47,260 bases of DNA from Cyanophora paradoxa CCMP329. Lineage: Eukaryota > Plantae > Glaucophyta. This document shows, one piece after another, positions 28,590-38,035 of the stretch. A program made the position numbers and the translations under genes. The stretch spans positions 1-47,260 of the forward strand of contig QPMI01000481.1 of assembly GCA_004431415.1 (NCBI GenBank). Reading direction: 5' to 3'. Numbering within the stretch: position 1 is the stretch's first letter; the number at the start of each line of letters is the position of its first letter. The notes beneath the pieces were generated by a model that worked only from the letters and a program-made list of their open reading frames with translations, searched no databases and was not told the origin of the DNA.

Positions 28590-30990
28590 ATCCTGGCGGA
28601 GGCCTTGGGCCATTAAAGAGGCTGGCTACCGCAGTGCGATAAGGAGTGCCGGGGCTACAAGAGGGAATGGTGGGAGGGAAGGGGGCGTGGGGGTGGGGGG
28701 GGGGGGGGGTGGGAGGGAGGAGGATCGAGCCGGCGCGCCTTCGTCACCGCCGCCGCCTCCCCCGCCTCCTTCCTCTTCTCGGCGAGCTCCCTGCCCCGAG
28801 CCGAGCCGCCGCGCCGGACGGAGGAGGAAGATGCACCGGTTGGGCGCGGAGGCGCTGGTCGGCGTAGCGCGCGGCGGCCTCGCGCCGCCTCCGCTCCGCC
28901 CGCTGAGCCTGGGGCGGCCGCTCCGACTCGGTTTCCGCCCCGCGTCGCCCGGCGAGAGCGGCGAGGGCACGGGTGGGGGATGCGGGGCACCGTTGGTGAA
29001 GTCGAGGTGGATGGCGGCCGGGGCGACGCTGGGGAGGCTCTCCACGGAGACGCTCAGCACGTACGTCCCGCTGGGCCTGCAGGGGTCCCAGTGTGAGGGG
29101 GCCGGGCGGGGGGCGGGGGACAGGAGCAGGGAAGCACCCGTCGCCGATGGTGAGGCCGGACAGCACGACGCTCGCGTGCCCCGCCGGCCACGCCACCGGC
29201 CCCGCCGCCGCCGCCACCTGGGACGCCGGGCCCTCCGGTCCGCGGCACGGCCGCCCGAGGCGGAGACAAAGCAGGCGAGGCGGAGGGGCGGGGCGGGTGG
29301 CGCCGGCGCGGGGTTCTCGAAGCGGTCGAGGAGCTCGAGGGCGAGGCTTGGGAGCGCGGCGCCCGTCCCCAGCTGCAGCCCCGTCGCCCCGCCCTCCGCC
29401 GCCACCCGCAGCGCGTGCGGCGCCCCTGCAGGCGGCCTCGGCTCTCGGGCCGAGCAGGAGGGGCGGGGGAGGGGCGCGCGGACCGGGGCGGACGGTGAGG
29501 TCGCAGGCGGCGGGGGCGACGGAGGCGTCTGGCGCGCCGCTCGCGGCGAGGCCGAATCGCCTCCCGCAGGGCCGGCACCTCCCGGAACACGTACCCTGGC
29601 GCCTCCCGGGCACCTGCGCGGCCCTCAGGGGCGGGGCGGAGACGCGGATGGGGGCAGGGGCGGGCGCCTCGTCGGGGAGCCGCAGAGGGGCCCCCGTCTC
29701 CGAGAGCACCTCCGCCTGCGGGGACCGTGGGGGGGCGAAGAGTACGGGGGGGCGTGGAGGGAAGGGGGCGGGGCGTGGAGGGCAGGGGCCGGGGCGGCTC
29801 ACAGGGATGTCGGGGAGCGTGGCGCCGGCCTCGCAGGCGAGGGCGCCCGGCGGGAGGCGCAGGACGACGCGCTCCGCCCGCTCCGCCGCCGGCACCACCC
29901 GCACCGATACCGCCGCCGCCTCCACCTCCTGGGCGCCCTGCTCAGGCGAGGGTAGGCGAGGCGCGGCAGAGGGCCGGGGCGCACGGCCGGGGGGCGGAGG
30001 CGGCGGGGCGGCGGCGGACGGCGGAGGGGCGGCGGGGACGAGGGCGAAGCGGATGGAGTGGACGCCGGCCTCGCGCGCAGGCGGCTCCGGTCCCGCTGCT
30101 GGCCGAGCGGGCGGGCGGGGCGGGCCGGCGCGGTCAGGCGAAGCGGGGGCGACTGGAGGGGCGGGGGGGCGGACCAGGGAGGCGCGGAGGAGGGCGAGGG
30201 GGGCGACGCCGGCCTTGAGGGGATGCGGATGGGGAGGCGGGGCCGACGTGCACGGCGCCGGCGGCCGAGGCGGCCACCGATCGGGAGCCATCCTCGTCGA
30301 GCGCCCGCGGCCCGCACGGAGAGGGGCGGCAGCGGCGCCCCGCTGTGCACTTCGAGGGGCGAGGGGGTCCGGAGCCGTGGGCGTGAGAAGGGCGGGGCGG
30401 GCGGGTGGGGTATATGTACGCGGGCGGGCCTGGGCGAAGGCGCGGGAGGGTACGGGGTCGCCCGAGGCGGCGACGAGGAGGAGTGGGAGGGAGGCCGGCT
30501 GCCGGTTCTGCACGGGGAGCGCCCCCTCGTGCGCCCCCCGCAGCCGCTGCGGCGCGTCTGCGCACACACTCGCGTGAGACGAACGCAGAGCAAAGCAAAG
30601 CAAAGGAGAGGGAGCGGGCCCCAGAAGGCCGGCGCACGCGACGTGGCAGGCGCGCGCCCCCTGCCCCTCCCCCGCCCCCGCCCCGCTGCCCCCGTCGGCC
30701 GGCGGGAGCTCCCCCGCCCGGATGTCCGGCAGCGTCGCCCGCCCGTTCTGGAGCCTGCCGCCCTCCGGTTCGGAAGGCGGGCGGGGGGCGGGGGGCGGGG
30801 GGCTTTTGGGCGCCGGGCGCACTTGCGGGACTGGCTCGGGCCCTGGGGGATGCGGAGAGGCGGCCGGGGCTGGGGGTAGAGCGGCGGGGTGGGGAGGGAC
30901 GGGGCCAACGCTTGAAAGAAACAGGCGGGCAGCTGCAGGGACGCCGCGCGCCAAGGTCGGAGCCGCGGACCGAGGTCTCAGCTGCAGGCC
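28590..30990 (-). CDS. Multi-exon protein (possibly a truncated fragment) with Ig-like beta-sandwich repeats and a short coiled coil, resembling the SMCHD1/GMI1 linker region; 3' part duplicated at 16673-18401
   Basis: Exonic peptides EAGVHSIRFALVP, VSVRVVPAAERAERVVL, EAGATLPDIP/AEVLSETG, LPSLALELLDRFENP, SVVLSGLTIGD and GTYVLSVSVESLPSVAPAAIHLDFTN, then AQRAERRRREAAARY. The family call is pattern-based only; no ATPase or hinge domain is seen. Confidence 0.45.
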
Positions 30991-31007
30991 GCGCGCTGCT
31001 ATGGCCG

Positions 31008-32429
31008 CTAGACGGAGCCCCACGCCTGCTCGTCGGCTCCGCCCTGCCAGCCGCCGTCCCCGAACAGCTCGGCGTACCCCCCCGGGTGCGCGACGCCGTA
31101 CCCCGGGTCCGCGGCCCCGTGGGGGTCTTCGTCCGCTGCCAGGCCACCCCCTGGCCCTTCGAGCGCCTCGCCTGTACCCGGGGGCTCGGCTGCGTGGTAG
31201 GGGTACAGCTCCAGGCCGGGCGCCTGCTCGCGGCTCAGGGATACGGTCAGGTAGCTTCGGAAAAGCCGTACCCAGGTCTCGTCGACGAGCTGCGCGCCCC
31301 CGTCTATGTGGCGGTACCGGTTCTCTGCGATAAGGGTACCCGGGAAGGGTGCGGCGTTCAGCGGTACGAGGACACGCAGCCGTACCCCCGTCCCGGCGCA
31401 CCGTAAACCTCGACTTCGGGCAGGTTCAGTATACCCCCCTTTGGCATCCATATTCTAACCAGGTTACCTGCGGGGGTACGGCTAAGCCAGGGGTGAGGGA
31501 ACGAGAACTTCGGAAAGTAAGACAGGGTACCCTGGACGCCTTCTGGTACAAGGATGTCCACAACGTGATTGTTGTTAGCCTCTGGAGGCACGGGGAAGTG
31601 CTGCGACCAAATCTGCGGGAGGGTACGCTAGTTCAGTGCCGTGTTCAGCCCGACACGACGTGGTGACCGCGGTCAGTGGGGGGCGCGGCGCACCTCCTGA
31701 GCGTTCCTGAATATTGTTACTGTGAAGTCCTTTAGCCTGGGCGCCGCCCCGTCGGATCGGTTGTAGATAACGACTTTCCCTATTCGGTAGTGTGCCTGCG
31801 ACGAAGTTTGGTGGGGGGGTACCGGCGGTGGGACGAAGAGACAGGGCGCACCCCCAGGTCGACCTGCAGGCGAGCCGCGGGGCGGCAGGCGTCAGCGAGT
31901 GCGGCTGAGACGGGCTGGCGCTGGGCGCGGGAGCCGGCCGCTGAGCAGGGACGGGGCGGGACCCCTCGCACCTGCCACCAGGGAACGTTCTCAACGCCGT
32001 TGCTGTGGTACCCCGTCGGAAAGCCCTTTTCGTCCGCGAAGCCCCCGTCTTTGCCACGCCCGTCTGCGGAGAGCGCCGGCGGCGCGTCAGACTAGAAGCG
32101 CCGAGCTTTCGCGGGCGGGCGCGCCTACGGCGAGCCAGGGCCCTCCGCCCGCTGCCGATGTGGATGCTATGACGGGCTTGCCAAGCGCGAGGTTCCTGCG
32201 CTCGGCGGCGGGCGAGCGGGCGAGGTGAGGGCCGTGAGGCTCGAAGGCAGCCCGGCGGGCTCCTCGCCGGCCCGGCGCACGGTGCCGAGGTCGACGGCAG
32301 CGGCGTGTAGACGCCGAGCTGTGCCGCGAGCTCCGAGTTCGGCTTCTCGGAGACGAGCGGCGCGGGTGCGGAGGTCGACGTCGACGGCGGCATCAAGCAC
32401 GAGCTTTCCGGCTCGTCTTCGTCCGCCAT
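31008..32429 (-). CDS. Multi-exon F-type lectin-domain protein, no signal peptide
   Basis: Spliced: MADEDEPESS...STSAP-NLALGKPVIASTSAAGGGPWLAVDGRGKDGGF...GYHSNGVENVPWWQVDLGAHYRIGKVVIYNRSDGAAPRLKDFTV...QGNLVRIWMPKGGILNLPEVEVY...WGSV*. Contains NxALGKP, AVDG, PWWQVDLG, H-x27-RxD-x4-R and EVEVY motifs. Confidence 0.9.
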
Positions 32430-32762
32430 GCAGTGCGAAAGACAGAGCTAAGAAGCCCGCTAAGAGCGGGCTGGAACAGACGAGCTGGGGCCTGGCTGGA
32501 AGTGGTTTGCGCTGTGCGCCGAGCACTCGGGCAAGCGGGCTGATTGAAAGCGGGGCCTCTGAAGCTAGCAGGCGCTTTGGATGCCTTGGAATGTCTGAGC
32601 GGCGGCCGGCGAGCGAGCGGCGGGTGACTGGTGGTCTCTCTATGGGGTACAGCGCTGCAGAAGGCCCAGGACGGATTGCCGGAAGCCTCTGACCCAGGCG
32701 CGCGATTCCCGCACAGCTCAGCTGCGTTTGGTTCTCCAGCAGAGCGCACGTGCTCAGAGGCG

Positions 32763-35153
32763 ATGAGCGATGACGCGCCCGAGAACGTCGGCGCACAAAC
32801 AGCTGCAGCTAGCGCTGCTTCGCATACGGATCTACATGCACCAGAAGCAGCGCCATTCGCATTCGATCGGCTCCCGCACGGCGTCCTCGCGGAGGTCCTG
32901 CAGTTCTTGGGCCTGCAGCACGCGGCCGCGGCGCGCGCGGTGTGCAGGAGCTGGCGGGAGGCCGTCGAGGCGATCCAGTGGCGGCGGCTCGACGTAGTCG
33001 GCAAGGGCCTCATGCGCCCAGAGCGGCTTTTGAAGCTCCTTGTCGATCCTGGCGTCGAGGAGCCCGAGGGAAATCCCGCCGTCGGCGCCAAGCGGCGGTG
33101 GATCCGCGTCGCCCCCGGCGCGTCGCTGCGCGTGGAGATGGGCTCCGAAGCGTACGCGAAGGCGTCGCTCGCAAAAGACTGGGCCGACTGGTTCCAGACG
33201 GCGGTCGCCCTCGTCGCGGCGTGCGTCGCGGCGGCGAGCGCCGGCCTCGGCGAAGTCGCCATCGAGTGCGTCTACCTCGTGGGCGGCGACGCCGCCGCTC
33301 TGGAGGCGCTGCTCCTCGCCCTCCTGCCTCCCTGCGCCGCCGCCTGCCCGGCGCTACGCAGCTTCAAGCTGCTCTGCCACTTCGCGGACGGCTCCGGGGG
33401 CGTGCCGTTCCCCCTGGAGCCCCGCCTTCGCCCCCTGTCGAACCTGGAGGTCTTCGCCCTCCCCCGCTGCTGGTACGTCGACCGGCCCGCCGCGGACGCC
33501 ATCGGCCGGTCCCTCCCCCGCCTCAAGCGGGTGCGCCCCAGTGCAGTACCCCCCATCACCCCCCGCCCCGCACCTTCCCCCTTCAGATGTTCACGCGGGC
33601 CGCGCAGCTGGGGATCACCTTGGGCGGCTTCGAGGCGGCCGGCGGCCTCGCGGGCGCGGCCTCCCTGGAGTACCTGAAGGCCAGGAGCAGCGGCGGCTCG
33701 GCCGGCCGGCCCCACTGCCCCGACGCCGGCCCGCTCCTCGAGGGCCTCGCTTCCGGACCCGCCGCCCTCTCCCTCAAAGAGTCCGTGCCGTACCCCCCCG
33801 GCCTCGCAAAAGATCTCGGCCGACTCCGCCCCATGGCCAGGCTCTGCTTCGAGGGGCGCCTCTCCGCCGCCGCCCTGCGCGTCCTCCCTCGCCTCGCCGC
33901 CCTCGAGCTCCTCAGCGGATCCTTAACGGTCCGCCCGTACCCCCACCCTCCAAACTTACAACGCGCCCTAACGGTACCCCCCGCCCCCGCGCCCCGCAGC
34001 TCGGCCCCGATCTGGACCGGGCGGACCTGGGTGCCCTTCGGCTCCCCCCGGCGCTGCGGGGGCTGGGTACGCTGCGCCTCAGCCGTGAGCTCGAGCGGGA
34101 CGGCGCGGCGCTCGCCGGGGCCCTCGAGGGCCTCGCGGGGGCCCTCGCCGCGTGCCCCAAGCCGTCGTCGTCGCCCCCGGCCCTCACCCTGGTCCTCGGT
34201 CCGCCCGCCCGCCCGCGCCGCGGTCCGCCCCCGGCCCTTAAGCTTATTACGTAAAGCGGACGCGGCAGAGGCGCCGCCGGAGGCGACCTGGACGCTCGCT
34301 GGCCTCTCGGCGCTGGCGCGGGCGGCCCGCGGGCAGCTCTCGCTCGAGCTGCCGGTCGACCTGCGGCCCGGCCGCCCCGCGGACGCCGCCGCCGCGCTCT
34401 CCGCCGCCCCGCTCCGCAAGTGCGTATCTCGTCCATCGTTCCTAAAGCCTGGATTGGAATCTATATTGTTCCTAGCTATATATTCTGCATCCGTCCTCGT
34501 ATTGCTCCGTCCGATCTCCTACATATATATTCTAGCTATATTGCTCCGCAAGCGCGTATGTACCCGTCCTCGCCGGAATCTAAAGTAAAGCCTTCGCTAT
34601 CTAAAGCCTGGAATCATACATATGTTGCTCCTAGCTATCCTGCATCGCTCCTAACTACTTTCGCGGCGCGTGGGCACATATACCACTCCTTCCTGTCTTC
34701 ATATATTGTTCCTAGCTATATTTCCTGCATCGCTCCTAACTACTTTCGCGGCGCGCGGGCACGGCGCAGGCTCCTGCTCGTGGTCGACGTGAGCGAGGAG
34801 GCGGCGCGGGGCGGCTGGGCGGACGGCCTCTCCGCCTTCGCCGGCTGCAGCTGCTCGGGGGGGCTCGAGGTGCGCCCTCGATCGCCGGCTGCCCCTAAGC
34901 TTTAAGCAGCGGATGCACGTGCAACAGGCCTAGGCTTAAGAATTGATCTCGAATTTATATTTAGTTTATAAGCAGCAGGCTTAAAATCTAGAATTGACAT
35001 CGATGGCAGATCCGGCTTCGCGCCTTGCGCCCGTACGATTCCACGAACATGTACATCGTGGAGGAGGAGGCCGCCGGCCACGCGTTCCGCCTCGGCGTGT
35101 GGGCGGCCGTCGCGCGCGCCCTCCCGGCGGCTCGCATCCTCACGAGCCCGTAG
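32763..35153 (+). CDS. F-box protein with LRR-like C-terminal region (multi-exon)
   Basis: FDRLPHGVLAEVLQFLGLQHAAAARAVCRSWREAV is an F-box motif. LRR-like segments CPALRSFKL, LSNLEVFAL, LPRLKRLGI and LPRLAALELL follow. The last exon ends LTSP* at 35153. Confidence 0.85.
34440..34760. repeat. Intronic AT/CTAG-rich direct repeats
   Basis: ATATTGTTCCTAGCTATAT, CTAAAGCCTGGA and CCTGCATCGCTCCTAACTACTTTCGCGGCGCG are each repeated within one intron of the F-box gene. Confidence 0.7.
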
Positions 35154-35268
35154 TTCTAGAAAGCGGACTCGGGACGCGGGGCGGGCAGCGGTGCGCAGGG
35201 CTTTTTGTTCCTTTTCAATTTCGCTGCTGCAAGCTATTGAGATCGGGTGGCCGCTTACTATGATTACG

Positions 35269-35367
35269 CCTAGTGAGCGCTAGCTACGTAGCTAGAGCTC
35301 ACTAGGTTTGTTTATTTAGACCCCACCTTTCCAGGCGGTCTTTGTTTGTTTATTTAGACCCCACCTT
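35269..35367. repeat. 38-bp palindrome ending in CACTAGG plus two 24-bp direct repeats; candidate terminus of the virus-like element
   Basis: CCTAGTGAGCGCTAGCTACGTAGCTAGAGCTCACTAGG (35269-35306, one mismatch). GTTTGTTTATTTAGACCCCACCTT at 35306-35329 and 35344-35367. CACTAG at 35300. Confidence 0.8.
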
Positions 35368-35664
35368 GCACATCCTGAGACGAGCGGGGGGCGGGGGAGA
35401 GTCGAAGACCTGGTACAATTACAAATCCAACCCCGTAGTACTAGCTGTGTATACTATATAGGTGGGCCTTTGTGAAGCGTTGAGCTCTCGAGCTTGCCCC
35501 TTCGCTGTCAATGCATTGTTAACCCTCGGAGGTTGCATGAGTCACGCGTCGCGGAGGTTTGGGTGTTATATTGCGATCAGGTACACGCTGCACTAACAGG
35601 GGGGCTAGCACTAACCGACGCGGGGAGTAACAGCCGGTGTACCCCTCGGGGGGCCTCCCGGCCT

Positions 35665-36443
35665 CTAACGATGCTCAGGCTCTAACTGAATGCTGTACCC
35701 CCCGCTGTTACTGCCCGAACCTTCCGAACTTGCGTAATTCGGCCTCGCCCTGTACCAGTGGCTGGTGTCGTCCATCCATTCGCGTACCTCCCTCTGACGC
35801 TTGAGTGACTCACGCTGCTCGGGGTAGGGGAGGGGGGGCCTTCGAGGCGGGGTGGGGAAGGGGGTACGGTGGCAAAATTCAGCCACTCGGGGGTATGCCG
35901 AATTCGCCGTGAACGATCCTCTGCGGTGTGAAATACCGGTCGCTGCTCACGGCCAAGTGGAAGAACGCGCTCCTGAGCCCGGAGAGGAAGCGTGGTTGCA
36001 TGAATGGCTGCTGGAGGGACTCGTCGCGCCAGGGGCTACGAAATCAATGATACGCTGCTGTACCTGCGCGGGCAGGGCAAGGATCTGGCTCTTGCGGTTC
36101 GCAAAGGCCGTCCACAGCGCTTGCAGGTCGGCCCAATCGCCGTTCAGATCCCTGCGTTCGCGCCTCAGGTACGATCTCGGGTTCTCTGTCATACCCATCA
36201 AGCCCGCGGCCCTGATCATCTCCCTGTCCGGGAGCTCTCGCTCGTCGTGGAATTCGTCTCTAATCCAGCGCACAAGGTAGAGCACGCGCTCCATGAAGTT
36301 CTCCGCCGGCGAGCCGCCCCCTGAGGACGTGCGCCTCCCTCCAGCACTGCGTTCGCATCCTCCAAGTCCACGTTCCGCTGTCGAATCTCCCCGTCCAGGT
36401 CGCCGTTGTTGTACAGCACGTCGGACTCGCGTGTTCGCGCCAT
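35665..36443 (-). CDS. Intronless hypothetical protein B (frameshifted in the assembly), paralogue of the neighbouring gene
   Basis: Joining frames gives MARTRESDVLYNN...FMERVLYLVRWIRDEF...LWTAFANRKSQILALPAQVQQRIIDFV.WRDESLQQ...LSGLRSAFF...IPPEWLNF...KRQREVREWMDDTSHWY. Confidence 0.7.
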
Positions 36444-36477
36444 GCTCGCGGCTCGGTGAGAATTTATACCTGTACCC

Positions 36478-37173
36478 CTACTCGCGGTCGGGGTACCTGT
36501 CGCCGGGCATCAGCCTCGCGCGCTTCCGCATCTCCGCCTCCCCGGGTAGCCAGTTCTTCGGGTCGTTGCTCCACTCCTCCCATTCGCGTATGTCCCGTCT
36601 GACGTCACGCGGGGCGGGGGCGTTTATCGGTGGGGCGGGCGGGCTGGCAGGGCCTGGCGCGGGGGTTGAGGCCCCTGTTCCACGAGTACTCGGGGTACTC
36701 TTCCCATCCCAGGGGTACCAGATTCATCGGAATTGGCTCAACTTCGAATTGGGGCTTTTTGACGTGATAATCATAGTTTGTGACATACGCCGTCACAGCC
36801 GAGCGCAAGCGCGAGAGGTCGCGCAAATTTACGTCGTCCCATTGCGAGTCCCTTGCCTTCGCGTACCACTCGAGGATTTGCATGCGAATGTGGTCCGGGA
36901 GGGTCGAGAGTATGCTGAGCTTGGAGCCCAGGGCGAACCAGATGCGCTTGAACTCGTCGATAATCCTGCCCTCGTCGTGGCTCCGAACGTAAAGGGCCCC
37001 GCCAGAGTTGTAATGCGTGTCTAGCCACCCTGCCCGGGCCAGCTCTAGCACCGGCCAGGGTTGGCGCTGTCGATTCGGTCGCGAGGCCTGCTCTACCACC
37101 CAGCGTCTAAGTCCTTGACCTGATCTATGAACTGTGCGATCACGTCCCTGGGCGCTTCCTCTGCATCCGACAT
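36478..37173 (-). CDS. Intronless hypothetical protein A (frameshifted in the assembly)
   Basis: MSDAEEAPRDVIAQFIDQVKDLD...RIWFALGSKLSILSTLPDHIRMQILEWYAKARDSQW...LSRLRSAVT...VPLGWEEY...RRDIREWEEWSNDPKNWLPG...DRE*. Confidence 0.7.
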
Positions 37174-37223
37174 TTGCAATTGCACACATCAAGAAATTCT
37201 AAACGCTACTGCGAGGCTACGCT

Positions 37224-37880
37224 ATGCATACCGATACAAATTGCGAGACTTTGCAACAGGGGAGCGCAGCGTGGCACGCGGCGCGCCGTGAAAAACTAAC
37301 TGCATCTAATTTTGCGGCTGCGTGCGGCATAAACCCCTGGAAATCCAGGGCCCGCCTGTGGGCGGAGCTAAGCGGGATAGCGGAGGAAAACAACTTTGAC
37401 AACCCTGCCCTAACCTATGGGCATGACTATGAGCCCCTCGCGGTCTCTCTCTACAAAACGTCGAACAACAACGTGGACGTGCAACATACTGGATTGCACG
37501 AACATAAGGAACTGCCCTTCCTGGCGGGCAGCCCGGACGGGCTGATTGGAAGCGATCGTATACTTGAAATAAAATGCCCCTACAAACAAGAACTCTACGA
37601 AAAGGTCCCAACTTATTACATGCCCCAGCTCCAGGGCCTGCTGGACATAACGGGCCGCGAGTGGGCCGAACTTTTTTGCTTCACTCCTCTGCGCGTGCAA
37701 ACGTGGTACGTCAGACGGGACGAGAGGTACATCAAGCTCATGAGGAAGTGCTTACATCTATTTTGGATGCACGTCAAGGAGGGCACGCCGCCCGAGCCCT
37801 ACAGCGATCGAATGAAGTCAGAGAACCTCAGCGAGGAGCAGGCGGCGCTGCGCGAGTTTAAGTCGTACGCCCTCCTCTAG
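37224..37880 (+). CDS. YqaJ-like viral recombinase / lambda-type PD-(D/E)XK exonuclease
   Basis: Intact, intronless 218-aa ORF with QGSxxWxxxRxxxLTAS, GxxxEPxA, GSPDGL, LEIKCP and YxxQxQG motifs; lower GC than the host genes. Confidence 0.92.
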   Translation: MHTDTNCETLQQGSAAWHAARREKLTASNFAAACGINPWKSRARLWAELSGIAEENNFDNPALTYGHDYEPLAVSLYKTSNNNVDVQHTGLHEHKELPFLAGSPDGLIGSDRILEIKCPYKQELYEKVPTYYMPQLQGLLDITGREWAELFCFTPLRVQTWYVRRDERYIKLMRKCLHLFWMHVKEGTPPEPYSDRMKSENLSEEQAALREFKSYALL

Positions 37881-37930
37881 TGTCCGGACCTTTCCAATAC
37901 TCTATATGATTATTGGGAGGGTCCGGACAC
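37880..37930 (+). terminator. 20-bp stem hairpin directly after the YqaJ stop codon
   Basis: GTGTCCGGACCTTTCCAATA, 11-nt loop, TATTGGGAGGGTCCGGACAC; fully paired with 2 G-U pairs on the + strand. The terminator role is inferred. Confidence 0.6.
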
Positions 37931-37950
37931 GTCTCTTGGTCAGACTACTT

Positions 37951-38002
37951 CTGTCCCAGGTCTTTGGAATCTTAATATAAATTTTCCCGGGACCCGGGAC
38001 AG
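37951..38002. terminator. Second hairpin, ~35 bp downstream of the convergent gene's stop
   Basis: CTGTCCCAGGTCTTTGGAA...TTCCCGGGACCCGGGACAG, an imperfect 19-bp stem with an AT-rich loop. Confidence 0.45.
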
Positions 38003-38035
38003 GGCTTGGTCGGACTCACCGTAGCTTGGTGTAGC

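Noticed and set aside
28744-31401. 885-aa ORF as a single protein
   Set aside because: It reads through introns and two different genes; open only because of extreme GC content.
35306-35367. Mini-CRISPR (two 24-bp repeats) near a Cas4-like nuclease
   Set aside because: Only two repeats with a 14-bp gap. The nuclease has YqaJ motifs and lacks the Cas4 Fe-S cysteine cluster.
37877-37882. CTAGTG as the right end matching CACTAG at 35300
   Set aside because: No extended TIR match, the flank is TCC rather than GCT, and it overlaps the YqaJ stop and hairpin.
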